From assembly GCA_965223265.1 (NCBI GenBank), contig OZ244999.1:3136001-3200000 (forward strand): a stretch of DNA of 64,000 nucleotides, in the 5' to 3' direction. The position numbers and the translations under genes are program-made. The stretch's first letter is position 1, and each line of letters begins with the position of its first letter. The notes beneath the pieces are model-generated. The model did not search any database. It was not told the DNA's origin and worked only from the letters and a program-made list of their open reading frames with translations. Positions 30,901-39,482 of the stretch are shown in pieces. The DNA is from Planctomycetota bacterium (GTDB lineage Bacteria > Planctomycetota > UBA8108 > SXIK01).

Positions 30901-31737
30901 GGCGACGCCGTGCCTCTCTGTTTCTTCTATTCGTCGCCGACCGACGAGCTGTTTACCGCAATTCAGGGCTTTTCCATGGGCCTTACGTTTGATTGCCGAC
31001 TCACATGTCTTCCAGACACGTTCCGGCTCCCCGAAGACTCGATCCTTTTGGCCCTCGGCGCTGATTTCGTCGACTTTCAGTGCGACAACGATCCAGACGA
31101 TGGTGACGGCTGTGAGATGATCTTTGGCGTGTTGATGGACGCTACGCCACCGTTCGATGGTCAAACCTTGCCGCCAACGGATATCCCGCTCAAACTCGCC
31201 TGCGTCGACATGGTCATCCCGACCGATGCGGTCTGTTTCGAGTGCTTCGACGTCAATTTCGAGGACGGAGTCAACGGCAACAACAAGGTGCCGATCAAGA
31301 ATCAGATCGCCGTGGACAATATGGCATTCTTTGCCCGCACCCAAGACTGCGAGATTTGTGTCGACATGATCGTCGAAGAGAAGACCTTTGTCCGTGGCGA
31401 TTGCAACGGCTCGGCTGGATCCGAGGAAGAACCGGTCAACATTGCCGATGCTGCCAGCGTCGTGTCGCTTCTCTTTGGACTCGACGAATTGAAGCCAGAG
31501 CCAGTTTGCCTCGACGCCTGTGATGCCAACGACGATGGCCGTCTCGAGCTCACCGACACGCTTGCGATTCTTCTCTTTCTTTTCAACGACGGAACGCCAC
31601 CGCCGCCGCCGGGTCCCCACACAGCCGGCTTTGACCCGACGAAGGATGTCATCCCGTGCGGGGACCGGCTGTGTCCGACCGATGGAGACGATGAAACCGC
31701 GGACGGAGCTTCAGGCGAAGGCTCGCCTACTGGTTAG
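27934..31737 (+). CDS. Large secreted scaffoldin-like protein: beta-propeller-like N-domain, cohesin-like domain, four Cys-rich cohesin-like repeats, C-terminal dockerin-like module
   Basis: Signal peptide. Cohesin-like ASVPILMTNDQALQGYVIAAVHDPAVLTL. Four ~170-aa repeats with FCG, IQGxSMxxxYDC, CDxDPxDGDGCE and PPFDGxTLP. C-terminal FVRGDCN...NIADA...CLDACDANDDGRLELTD. Confidence 0.8.
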   Translation: MRYGAPVRLRLAVAACLLCAVLPISVRSQLAAGEVYFVSDDAYYLIWAVDAETGAAVQGLSAPDDAILGVSPPPSSGLAFAAGELYYTHDATPLLWVLDAESGDVVRSFEKPATDISGLTFAHGVLYAAAEIDSQGTLYGLDPITGVVQSTLAVPRASGALAASEARGSVFVRVGALEVREISAANGDVLGSIVPPVPTTGLAVSEDEARQSLLFLNASGELTTYDLLAGTTTDPMELVETAGNRLVRTGGLATGTLPPPTEGGEGGGVPVSGAAIEVQDTNVRADRTASVPILMTNDQALQGYVIAAVHDPAVLTLEDVSFAGTETEANFAEFVAAELLPNGATIGVIFDVDAPFENNVLPPGVDQVVARLAYSCVNRDPTEETSTEVRLVDGVIGQPAKDNLIVVDGVTSTPELFPGTILCVLPPPPSTEPQFLCGGPPAADGLPTPLTAGRGETDTLCFFYAFPSDRPAGIQGLSMALAYDCRLDCLEETFGLVPGGIADVIGTEFVEFQCDEDPTDGDGCEMILAMLLDSSPPFDGQTLPPTSMPFPLACVDLRVTPEATVGECLDVRFQDGVNGENKVPTKNLVSVKNEAIAALTSSCEVCVVPSGPTLFCGSGALDVHGLPGPLVGENGDEVELFFWYRSPVEEVFSLTQAVRIDCRAACIADTFLADPGLQGVVNRGDLSLECDSDPADGDGCEIVLRFERTAGNPSLPATDLPVRLGRVRLRIGENIARGKCLPIEHHDQIDGEGTEIVDNQVITPSGILSPETVDCEICVRPAPLPRFFCGGPNLDPETGLPEIPSEVRLGESVEFSLWYSSPDDELDITDQIQGLSMAIQYDCNLICQEDTFTIPPDSALELVDAEFVSFECENDPTDGDGCEMLFAVLVDLNPPFDGRTLPQSDTPLKLASVTMQVGPGAVLGTCLPVRFLDGVDGKGIVPNKNIVSLNNEGVSPETFDCEVCVRPLGPTFFCGPEDFAPDGIIDPAPGDAVPLCFFYSSPTDELFTAIQGFSMGLTFDCRLTCLPDTFRLPEDSILLALGADFVDFQCDNDPDDGDGCEMIFGVLMDATPPFDGQTLPPTDIPLKLACVDMVIPTDAVCFECFDVNFEDGVNGNNKVPIKNQIAVDNMAFFARTQDCEICVDMIVEEKTFVRGDCNGSAGSEEEPVNIADAASVVSLLFGLDELKPEPVCLDACDANDDGRLELTDTLAILLFLFNDGTPPPPPGPHTAGFDPTKDVIPCGDRLCPTDGDDETADGASGEGSPTG
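29230..31370 (+). repeat. Four tandem intragenic Cys-rich domain repeats (~510-560 bp each)
   Basis: Repeats begin at PQFLCG (~29230), PTLFCG (~29767), PRFFCG (~30286) and PTFFCG (~30841), and each ends in CEVCV/CEICV. Repeat 2 is the most divergent. Confidence 0.88.
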
Positions 31738-34429
31738 CGTTGTTTCCTGAACCACCCGCCGGATTCATTTGCGGCTGAGCGCCGGCAGCCGGTCGTGCCG
31801 ACTCGCGCTGAACGCCGACAGCGGCGCTGCCGCCGGAGGGGTTGCGTGTTCCAAAGCCGCGCTTGAGCAGCGTCTCGGCGACTGAGATCTCAGGCCGCAG
31901 GGCTGCGAGGCGCTCGACGATACTGCGCGCGCGTTCCGGGTGACTGCCAGCGAGCGCCCATGCTTGCCCGAGACATTCAGCGTAGGCGAGGGTGAAGTCG
32001 CCGCTCAGCTTCACGCTCTGGAGAAGCGAGTCGATCGCCTCGTCGTTTGCGCCGCGCGCGAGCGCCACCCGAGCTCGAAGGTAAGCATCGCGGGCGCGAA
32101 GATAGTTTCGCAGCGCCTTAGCGGCTCCTGAGCGGGAGGTGGGCGCACCCGACAATGCGGGCGCGGCTGATGATTCGATGAGCTGCAGCCACTCTTGCGG
32201 GGTCGTTGTGTCGCCGCTGTAGCTGAGGAGCGGTGCCACTGACGAGACTCGGGGCCGGTCGTCTGTATTGAGCTCCAAAGCGTCGCGCGTCCAGGCTCGG
32301 AGGACTTCCGCTCTACCGATGAAACGGCCGTTGAGCTGGAGCCTTCTTTGCATCTTCAACTCGCCGAGTGCTGCTTGCACCGGCGGTGGCCTGTCGATTT
32401 CGTCGAACGAGAGCTGAATGGGTCGCTCAGCGCCGACAAGTCCGAGCACCGGTTGAACAACGTTTTCGTCGAGCATCCAAGCTGACGCCTCTGGGAAGAC
32501 GTCAAGGAACGTGCGGACAATCAGGCGCAGTGTCGGCAGATCCAGCTGGTAGATCGGCAGCCACTGACAGAAGATTCCGCCGGCGGCCAGACGTCGGCGC
32601 ACGGCCAGAAAGTGCTCGCGCGTGTAGAGCGCACCGGCTCCGTCGCGCCCAGGATGGAATAGATCTGCGACGACGACATCGTAGGCCTCGCCGGTGATGC
32701 GAACGAAACGACGCGCGTCGCACACAAACATTCTCAAGCGTGTGTTGTCGAGCGCGGCGCTGCTGTACGGGCGAAAGTGATCCATCAGAGCGGCGACGTC
32801 GGCCAAGAGCTCAACACCGTCTGCGGTCAGGTGTGGGTAGTCTGCCGCGGCAGAAAATGTGATTCCGGTCCCGACGCCAAGAAATAGTGCCCGGCGTGGG
32901 TCAGGATGGATCAGCAACGGCACGTGAGCTTGAAGCCGTTCTCGCGCTTGGCTTGCTGTACTCCCCATCTGGAAACGGTCGTTGACGAGCAAGCGGCGAT
33001 CATCAGCAGCCGTGGCGACGACCGAGGCCGTCGTCGCGAGGCTCACGCGCCGTTCGATCACCTTCCCATAGCTCGCGTTTCCTCGATCGCGATCAGGAAT
33101 CAACTGCGGTGCTGTGACGATCACGAGTAGCCCGGCAGCCACAAGGCCAGTCGATGCGAGTCGTCGCGGGGGACGCGCGAGAAGAAGGGCGTACGCGAGT
33201 GCGACGCAGACCAGGGCACGGTCGATGTCGTCGTACGCGGCGAGCAGGAGCATGGCGAGAAGCGGCGCTAGAGCTCCGCCGATCAGGTTGATTCCTACCG
33301 CCACACCGAGGCCACCGCGGTCGTGTCGTCTCGCCTGTGCAAGAGCGCTAAAGAGGGCGCCCATGAAGAACGTTACAGGCAAGAGAGCTGCTAGGGGCAG
33401 GAGGGCTTCGACCGCGAGTGCCGTCGCGAGAGAACCGTCAAACCCCGACCGGAGCGTGTCATAGAGGGGCGCTGAGAATCGAATCACCAAAGCAGTCATG
33501 AGCGCCGTGACGACCAACGCGCAGAGCAGCGGCGGCACGACCTGCGCCGCCGGCCAGCGTACGGCCAGACGTTGAAAGGATGCAGCGCCGAGGGCGGTCC
33601 CCGCCAGATAGGCGGCGAGAATGAACGCCAGGGTGAAGACCGTGTTCTCAAGTACGAGCGAGAAGGCTCGGACCGCCAGAAGTTCAATCGAGATTCCGAT
33701 CATACCGCTAGCGAAGAGCAAGCAGTTGAGGCGACGATCCGAAATGGTGGAAGCTTCGGGGCTGCGCGTCGGCGGCGTCACGAGGGGAAGCGTGCGGTCG
33801 ATCCACAGAGAAGTTGCCGCCGCAGCAGCATTCAGCGCGGCCAGTGCCAAGAGACTGCGAGCGTGACCCAGTTGGGGCAGGAGGACGAACGCCACGGCGA
33901 GCACACCCAGCATCGCGCCTAGGGTGTTCGCAGCGTAGAGGCCACCGACGCGGCGGGTCGAATGGGTCAGTCGAGCCACCGTTCGTTCCATGGCAACGAG
34001 AGTGCCGCCCATGGCGAAGGCGCCCGGCAAGAGCGCGAGAAACGGCAGCGAAAACGTTGCAACTGTGAAACCGAAGCGACTCGGCGAATGGCCGAGGAGA
34101 CCTGCGATCTTGTCGGCGCCCCACGGCAGGACGACCGTGGAGGCAACGGCCCACGCACCGATGACGAGCTCGAGCGCGGCGTACGACCGTGCCGGTCGTG
34201 CGGCGGTGCTCAGCGGTCCGTCGAGGACCCAAGCGCCCAGCGCCAGCCCAGCCAGTGTGGCGCTGAGAACGACCGGGATCGAAACCGTCTCTGCGCCGAA
34301 GCTCAATGCGAGTTGGCTTGCCCACACCACCTCGTATGCTAAGCCGGCGGCGCCCGACAGGGTGAACGCGACGTAGGCTAGCAGGGTCAGTCGTGTGTCG
34401 GCGCGACGCGCGAAATCGGTCAAAGTCAC
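31727..34429 (-). CDS. Fused multi-pass membrane domain / spermidine synthase-like SAM-binding protein
   Basis: LSGAAGLAYEVVW and GGLYAANTLGA TM repeats, then ALFLGVGTGIT, DGVELL, DARRFV, YDVVVADLFHP, LYTREHF, GGIFCQWLP, NTDDRP. Overlaps the convergent gene by 11 bp. Confidence 0.9.
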   Translation of the reverse strand: MTLTDFARRADTRLTLLAYVAFTLSGAAGLAYEVVWASQLALSFGAETVSIPVVLSATLAGLALGAWVLDGPLSTAARPARSYAALELVIGAWAVASTVVLPWGADKIAGLLGHSPSRFGFTVATFSLPFLALLPGAFAMGGTLVAMERTVARLTHSTRRVGGLYAANTLGAMLGVLAVAFVLLPQLGHARSLLALAALNAAAAATSLWIDRTLPLVTPPTRSPEASTISDRRLNCLLFASGMIGISIELLAVRAFSLVLENTVFTLAFILAAYLAGTALGAASFQRLAVRWPAAQVVPPLLCALVVTALMTALVIRFSAPLYDTLRSGFDGSLATALAVEALLPLAALLPVTFFMGALFSALAQARRHDRGGLGVAVGINLIGGALAPLLAMLLLAAYDDIDRALVCVALAYALLLARPPRRLASTGLVAAGLLVIVTAPQLIPDRDRGNASYGKVIERRVSLATTASVVATAADDRRLLVNDRFQMGSTASQARERLQAHVPLLIHPDPRRALFLGVGTGITFSAAADYPHLTADGVELLADVAALMDHFRPYSSAALDNTRLRMFVCDARRFVRITGEAYDVVVADLFHPGRDGAGALYTREHFLAVRRRLAAGGIFCQWLPIYQLDLPTLRLIVRTFLDVFPEASAWMLDENVVQPVLGLVGAERPIQLSFDEIDRPPPVQAALGELKMQRRLQLNGRFIGRAEVLRAWTRDALELNTDDRPRVSSVAPLLSYSGDTTTPQEWLQLIESSAAPALSGAPTSRSGAAKALRNYLRARDAYLRARVALARGANDEAIDSLLQSVKLSGDFTLAYAECLGQAWALAGSHPERARSIVERLAALRPEISVAETLLKRGFGTRNPSGGSAAVGVQRESARPAAGAQPQMNPAGGSGNNANQ

Positions 34430-34555
34430 ACCCGCCTGAGCAACTCGGCGGTGCCGTCACCAGATGCGGCCGGCAACACGCCGGGGCGTCCCGTGACGTC
34501 GCTCCTCACGACGTCTGCAGACACGGTCGTCACCCCGGCGACGAGGAAGCGCGTG

Positions 34556-34738
34556 CTACTTGCGCTTGATCTTGTGAACGGTGTGGCGGCGGAGGCGCGG
34601 GCAGTACTTTTTGAGTCCGTCGCGAAGTCCCGTCGGGATGCCCCCTTTGACGTTCACAGACGTACGATAGTTCAGCTCGTTGCTTTCAGTGCACTGCAGC
34701 CAGACGTACTCTCGATTCGCTTTCTTCTTCTTTGCCAT
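34556..34738 (-). CDS. rpmG: 50S ribosomal protein L33
   Basis: REYVWLQCTE...NYRT...LKKYCPRLRRHTVHK, 60 aa, highly basic. Confidence 0.93.
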   Translation of the reverse strand: MAKKKKANREYVWLQCTESNELNYRTSVNVKGGIPTGLRDGLKKYCPRLRRHTVHKIKRK

Positions 34739-35271
34739 GAGCTATCCCTCGGCGAGCCGCGGTCGTGTTGACCGCTCTGCTCTAAGTTGCCTCGAAATCG
34801 TGAATTTTCTGATGCGGCAAGTTTGCCCGGCCGCTGAGACTCTCGGACCGCGAACGTCTCAGGTATCCGTCGCCTCGCAGGCCGTTATGGCAAAACCCGT
34901 CGTAAACGCCGCGATCTTATCACGACGGGGCGCGCCAGCTTGCAGGAAAAGGTTGGCTCGAACAAGGAATTTTAACGCCGGGCCCCGCTCGGTGCCGAGC
35001 GCGCCGGGCCTTAGGATGGCCCTCGCAGACACCGTTCGCGACCAGAAATCGACCGAGGAGCAGCTGAATTTTCGGGACAACGGCGCTCCCGTCAATAGAA
35101 TCTGGCAGACACGTCGGAGCCGGGCGCAACGACGATGGCGCCAGGCGCCGTTTGATGACCGGAGAGCCGGACGACTGAGCGACCGGACGAGGGATGACCA
35201 CCGCCAGGGCCGAAAGGACGTGTCCGGCCGGGTGCGTCTGATCGCGCCCTAGACGTCATGAGGAGACTGGT

Positions 35272-36372
35272 TTGGCAGAGACGGCTCAATTCGTCCGCTT
35301 TGGCGACAGCAACCCACCTTTCACGCTGAGCCGCTGTGGGTTGCCGTCGCTGGCGCCGGGCGAGTTGCTTGTGCAGATCCTGGGCACAACGATCGCGCCG
35401 GTGGATTTGGACATATTCTCGGGTCGCAGATCGGTGGCGCTGCCGTGCGTCCTGGGCAGAGAGACGTTTGGGCGCGTTGTTGCGCTTGGCGCCGGAGAGT
35501 TGCCGCTGGACGTCAACGGCGGCGAGGTCAGAATCGGGCAACGCATCACCTGGCATACGACCATCGCATGTGGCAATTGCGAGGAGTGCGATGCGGGATT
35601 CGACAATTGGTGCCGGGCCCCCTTCACGTATGGTGAGGGACCGTTTGATCCCGAAGCGCCACTACGCGCGGGCGGGTTCTCTTCGTACGGCCATCTTGCG
35701 GCGGGGATGCCGGTCGTCAGCGTTCCCAGCGGTGTCCCAGATGCCGTTGTGCCGCCGGCGACGTGGACGATCGCGAAGTGCAGCGCTATGTTCGCGCGCT
35801 TAAGTCCGCCTGAGGCGACGGTCGTGGTCGTGCTGGGGTGTGACTTCCTTGGCTTGATCGCCTGTGCTATGGCTCGGTGGGTAGGTGCCGAAGCCGTTGT
35901 CGCCGTCGATAGCGATGGGGAGCGCGTCGAACAAGCGACTCGGTTTGGTGCCACGGTCGGGGTGACATTCGACCGCAGCGATAAGAAACTCTCCTCGAGC
36001 GTGCGCGATCTCACGGCAGGACGGGGCGCGGGAATGGCAGTGCTCACGCGTGCGGAGCCCGCGTTTGTGACGCCAGGAATTGAGGTTCTCGCCTTTGGGG
36101 GAGCTTTGGCCGTGATCGGCGAGCCTGATCCTGCGAAAGTGGCGCTGGGGTACGAGGCGCTCGTCGGCAAGTCTCTACGCGTCGAAGGAGTCTCGCGGCA
36201 TGTTTCAGCGGACGTAGTCGATGCTCTAACGTTTCTGCGCGACGCCTGCCGCGACTACCCGTTCGCCGATCTTTGTAGCGAGCGGATTCCGCTCAGCGAG
36301 ATCGGAGAGGCGTTTCGTATTGCCGGTCAGCGTTCGACGCAACGAGTGACGGTTGTATCGGAAGGCTGCTGA
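35272..36372 (+). CDS. MDR/zinc-binding alcohol dehydrogenase homolog with degenerate catalytic site
   Basis: GELLVQI...LGRETFGRVV...GQRITW and intact structural Zn motif CGNCEECDAGFDNWC. Rossmann domain present. GAGGAG before the TTG start. Confidence 0.88.
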   Translation: MAETAQFVRFGDSNPPFTLSRCGLPSLAPGELLVQILGTTIAPVDLDIFSGRRSVALPCVLGRETFGRVVALGAGELPLDVNGGEVRIGQRITWHTTIACGNCEECDAGFDNWCRAPFTYGEGPFDPEAPLRAGGFSSYGHLAAGMPVVSVPSGVPDAVVPPATWTIAKCSAMFARLSPPEATVVVVLGCDFLGLIACAMARWVGAEAVVAVDSDGERVEQATRFGATVGVTFDRSDKKLSSSVRDLTAGRGAGMAVLTRAEPAFVTPGIEVLAFGGALAVIGEPDPAKVALGYEALVGKSLRVEGVSRHVSADVVDALTFLRDACRDYPFADLCSERIPLSEIGEAFRIAGQRSTQRVTVVSEGC

Positions 36373-36433
36373 CGAGTGAGGCGCCTGTCGCCAACTTGCC
36401 TGCGCGCGGAGGCGGAGCGGCGCGCGTCGATGA

Positions 36434-38218
36434 TTGTCAGAGATGGAAGAAGAACTGAACTGCATGGCTGGGCGTGAGCATTCTGGCGACCTTTCGATCC
36501 GAACGCGAGATGGAGAGTTCGTCTGGAGGGTCTCTCTCTCGGCACTGAAGGATGTAGGTTTCACCGACGTGGACTCGCTGACGGAAACCCTGACATCCTT
36601 TCCCACAGTCGATCGATTGCCAGGAGCTCAGGTACTGAAGGGCAATCGCCTGCGGCGCGTGTGCCGCGTCACGGTTTCGTCGGCAGAAGGCGACTCGAAT
36701 TCAGGCTTCACGATACTGACCAAAGAGTACCGCTACGTTTCGCTTCGGGACCGCGTTCGATACCTTTTGTGGCGTTCGCGGGCCGAACAAGAATGGTTCG
36801 CTCTCGGGCGTTTTCGGCAATTGGGGCTTCCCGCGCCGCGGGCCCTGGCGATCGCCGCACACCAGCAGGGCCGACATATCGCCGGCGGACTTGTGATGGA
36901 ATTCCTCAACGACACGAGGCCGTTCGTGGAGCTCGTGCACGCCGGCGATTCGCCTCTCCCGGATGGTGCGCAGATCGGGGCCGCATTCCGCGCGCCCGAT
37001 CCGACGGCACAGCACCTGCGTTGGCTTCAAACGGGGGCGCAGTGGGTGCGGACTATGCACGATCGTGGTGTTTGGCATCGCGACTTGCACGGCGGCAACG
37101 TGCTCGTGCATGAGAAAGAAGGACTCTACTTTATCGACCTCCATTCGTGCCGCTTTTTGCCTCGACTGGCCCGTTGGCAGCGCTGGGACGGTGTCTCCAT
37201 GCTTCTACACTCGCTTGCAGAGAGCATTTCGAGCGCGGGGATGGAAGCGTTCCTCGAAGCGTACGGTGTTGAGGTCCTCGGTGGCGGTGCGTCGCTGAAG
37301 CAAGTCAGTCAAGAGCTGCGGCGTCGTATCGCGCAGCGTCAGCGAAAGCGCTTGGCGAGTCGCTCCAAGAGGTGCTTTAAGCGCTCAACGATGTTCGAGG
37401 TGACGACCACAGCGAACGTCCGTACCTATCATCGTCGCGAGCTCGATCTCAGTCTGCTGGACGAAGTGTGGCAGGCGCCGAGCTCAGCCGAGCTGCTCAA
37501 GAAATCAGATCGCGGTTGGGTGGGGAGGCGTCGTCTCGGTGACCGTTCGGTCTGCGTCAAGTTCCATCGCCCGAGTCTACTGGAGGCACTGCAGTCGTTG
37601 TTTGAGTCGCATCGGCTGAGGCGAGCGTACGCTGCCGGGCACGCCTTGTGGGTGCGCCGCATTCCGACAGCACCAGTTCTCGCGCTGCGAGAAGAAAGGC
37701 GGTTCGGGCTGCCCCGAGGTACCTTCTTGGTCACGGAGTATCTGGAAAATGCTGTCTCTCTGGACCAGTTCGCGGCGCGCGCTTTCGCTCGTCCGGCCAG
37801 GGCGCGAGAGGGGCGTCCGGTCGTCGTCAGGCGGGGGCTCGTCGCTGCGGTCGCGCGGCTTGTGCGACGGGTGCACGACTACGGGCTCTATCCGCACGAC
37901 TTGTCGCCTCAAAATATCCTCGTCGTGGAGGGTACCCGTTCGTCGGCTGAGTCGTCCCAGATCTCCCTACCCGAAGTGTACCTCGTTGACCTTGACCATC
38001 TCTATCTATGGCAGCGGCTGACGGAGCGGGGGAGGGTGAAGAATCTTGCCCAGGTTGCAAACATGCCTGAGGGGCACGTGACAACCGCGGATCTCGTTCG
38101 CGGGCTGCGCGTGTACGCCAGCGGTGCTCCGAGCCTAGGCGGCCGAGAGATGCTGGAGGCGATTCGCGAACAGCTGCTCGATTTGCACCTGCGCCTGCTT
38201 CTTCGCCTCAACACCTAG
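36434..38218 (+). CDS. Lipopolysaccharide kinase (Kdo/WaaP/InaA family) with two tandem kinase domains
   Basis: Domain 1: SRAEQEW...LVMEFL...HRDLHGGNVLV...FIDL. Domain 2: LVTEYL...PHDLSPQNILV...LVDLD. Start uncertain (36434/36443/36464). Confidence 0.88.
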   Translation: MSEMEEELNCMAGREHSGDLSIRTRDGEFVWRVSLSALKDVGFTDVDSLTETLTSFPTVDRLPGAQVLKGNRLRRVCRVTVSSAEGDSNSGFTILTKEYRYVSLRDRVRYLLWRSRAEQEWFALGRFRQLGLPAPRALAIAAHQQGRHIAGGLVMEFLNDTRPFVELVHAGDSPLPDGAQIGAAFRAPDPTAQHLRWLQTGAQWVRTMHDRGVWHRDLHGGNVLVHEKEGLYFIDLHSCRFLPRLARWQRWDGVSMLLHSLAESISSAGMEAFLEAYGVEVLGGGASLKQVSQELRRRIAQRQRKRLASRSKRCFKRSTMFEVTTTANVRTYHRRELDLSLLDEVWQAPSSAELLKKSDRGWVGRRRLGDRSVCVKFHRPSLLEALQSLFESHRLRRAYAAGHALWVRRIPTAPVLALREERRFGLPRGTFLVTEYLENAVSLDQFAARAFARPARAREGRPVVVRRGLVAAVARLVRRVHDYGLYPHDLSPQNILVVEGTRSSAESSQISLPEVYLVDLDHLYLWQRLTERGRVKNLAQVANMPEGHVTTADLVRGLRVYASGAPSLGGREMLEAIREQLLDLHLRLLLRLNT

Positions 38219-38381
38219 TGACGCTCTTTTCGGGATCGGCCTGGCGCGTCGAGCCGGGAGAGGCGTGTGCAGCGAGACAGGGGGCTACGTGATCTTGCCA
38301 TCGGTAGCAGCGGCGCCTTCGGAACGGCGATCTTGGCGAGCTTCTGCGGCGAGGACGTACGGTCCACACACGAGCAGGCTG

Positions 38382-39443
38382 CTACGCAAAACTGAAGAGT
38401 GAGACCTCCCAGTCGTCCTCTTCGGTGAAGTGCGCCCATCGCAGTGCGCCGTTAGCGACGAGGCACGCCGGATCGCTCGGAACTTGCACCACCGCATGCG
38501 TTCCGAACATGTCACGCACGCCATCTTGCAGGCGCGCTGCGAGTCCGGGAATCCGTGCTCCGCCGCCGGAGACCACAATGTGTCCGAGAAACTCTTCGAT
38601 GGAATCGGACGGGCAGTTGGCGACGACGCGCTCGATCCCACTCAGTGTCTCGCTGACGAGAGGTTCACACGCACGCCGGACGATATTGGCGATGTCGACG
38701 TCCTTCGTGACGTCATCCAGAAGCACTCGCAGGGGGCATACCGCGTTGGCAGGTGAGACGTGAGCGAATCGCTCTTTCAGTTGATCGCCCGTGATCGGCG
38801 TCACGATGAGGCCGGGGAAGCGCTTCGTTAGATGTTCGTTCAGACGGGCGGTGATCGCGGCGCCACCGCCGGGGAGCAAGACAGACTCTTCCGAGGCGCT
38901 CGAGGAGGAACCTTGCACAGCGCAGAGGCGGGTGGCGTCCGCACCGAGATCGATCCAGATCGATTTTCTGGCCACGTCGCGCGAACCGAAACTTGTCGCC
39001 ATCAACAGCGCGTCGTTCATCAGTCGTGTCCGATCGAAGAGCTCCTGGGCGAAAAGCCGGACGAGCTCGACGCTCTCTTCGTTCGCTCCTGCCTGGACGC
39101 TAACGACACCCCAGAGTTCCTTGTCCGAGCGTGGATCCAAAACGCTCCGCAAGCGGGCTGCATAGTCCCGCAGCGCCCGGCGGTTGCGACGCTGGAGTGG
39201 GTTGAATGCCAGAACCTCGTGGCGCATCGAGAGCGCCGCGTCGCCAATCGCCACACGGTCTTCGGCGTCTGGCTCATTGATGTAAGCCAGCCACGTCGGA
39301 ATGTGCGTGGTTTTGGGAAGAAGCAACTCGCTGAGCTGGCCGGCGGTCTGGACGACCGTCGTGTGAGCCCCAAGATCAATGCCGACTCGAACGATTGGTT
39401 TCTCTGAAGACTTCGGCTGTGACTTTTTCTTGCGCGGTGACAT
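38382..39443 (-). CDS. Actin-like ATPase, MamK/MreB-like (divergent)
   Basis: Phosphate-1 VGIDLGAHTT, phosphate-2 IDLGADAT, LKERFAHV, RRACEPL, adenosine IVVSGGGARIPGL, connect-2 GALRWA. 353 aa. Confidence 0.85.
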   Translation of the reverse strand: MSPRKKKSQPKSSEKPIVRVGIDLGAHTTVVQTAGQLSELLLPKTTHIPTWLAYINEPDAEDRVAIGDAALSMRHEVLAFNPLQRRNRRALRDYAARLRSVLDPRSDKELWGVVSVQAGANEESVELVRLFAQELFDRTRLMNDALLMATSFGSRDVARKSIWIDLGADATRLCAVQGSSSSASEESVLLPGGGAAITARLNEHLTKRFPGLIVTPITGDQLKERFAHVSPANAVCPLRVLLDDVTKDVDIANIVRRACEPLVSETLSGIERVVANCPSDSIEEFLGHIVVSGGGARIPGLAARLQDGVRDMFGTHAVVQVPSDPACLVANGALRWAHFTEEDDWEVSLFSFA

Positions 39444-39482
39444 GTCGACCTGCCTATGTTACCCCTTTGATTGCCGCATGGC

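Noticed and set aside
34740-35270. Riboswitch, ncRNA or the 190-aa ORF 34680-35252 upstream of rpmG
   Set aside because: No recognisable consensus. The ORF is Arg-rich, overlaps rpmG antisense and looks like a GC-rich shadow frame.
38382-39443. Magnetosome gene island or canonical mreB
   Set aside because: No other mam/mms/feo genes and no mreC/mreD/pbp2/rodA in the window. The motifs are degenerate, so no gene symbol was assigned.
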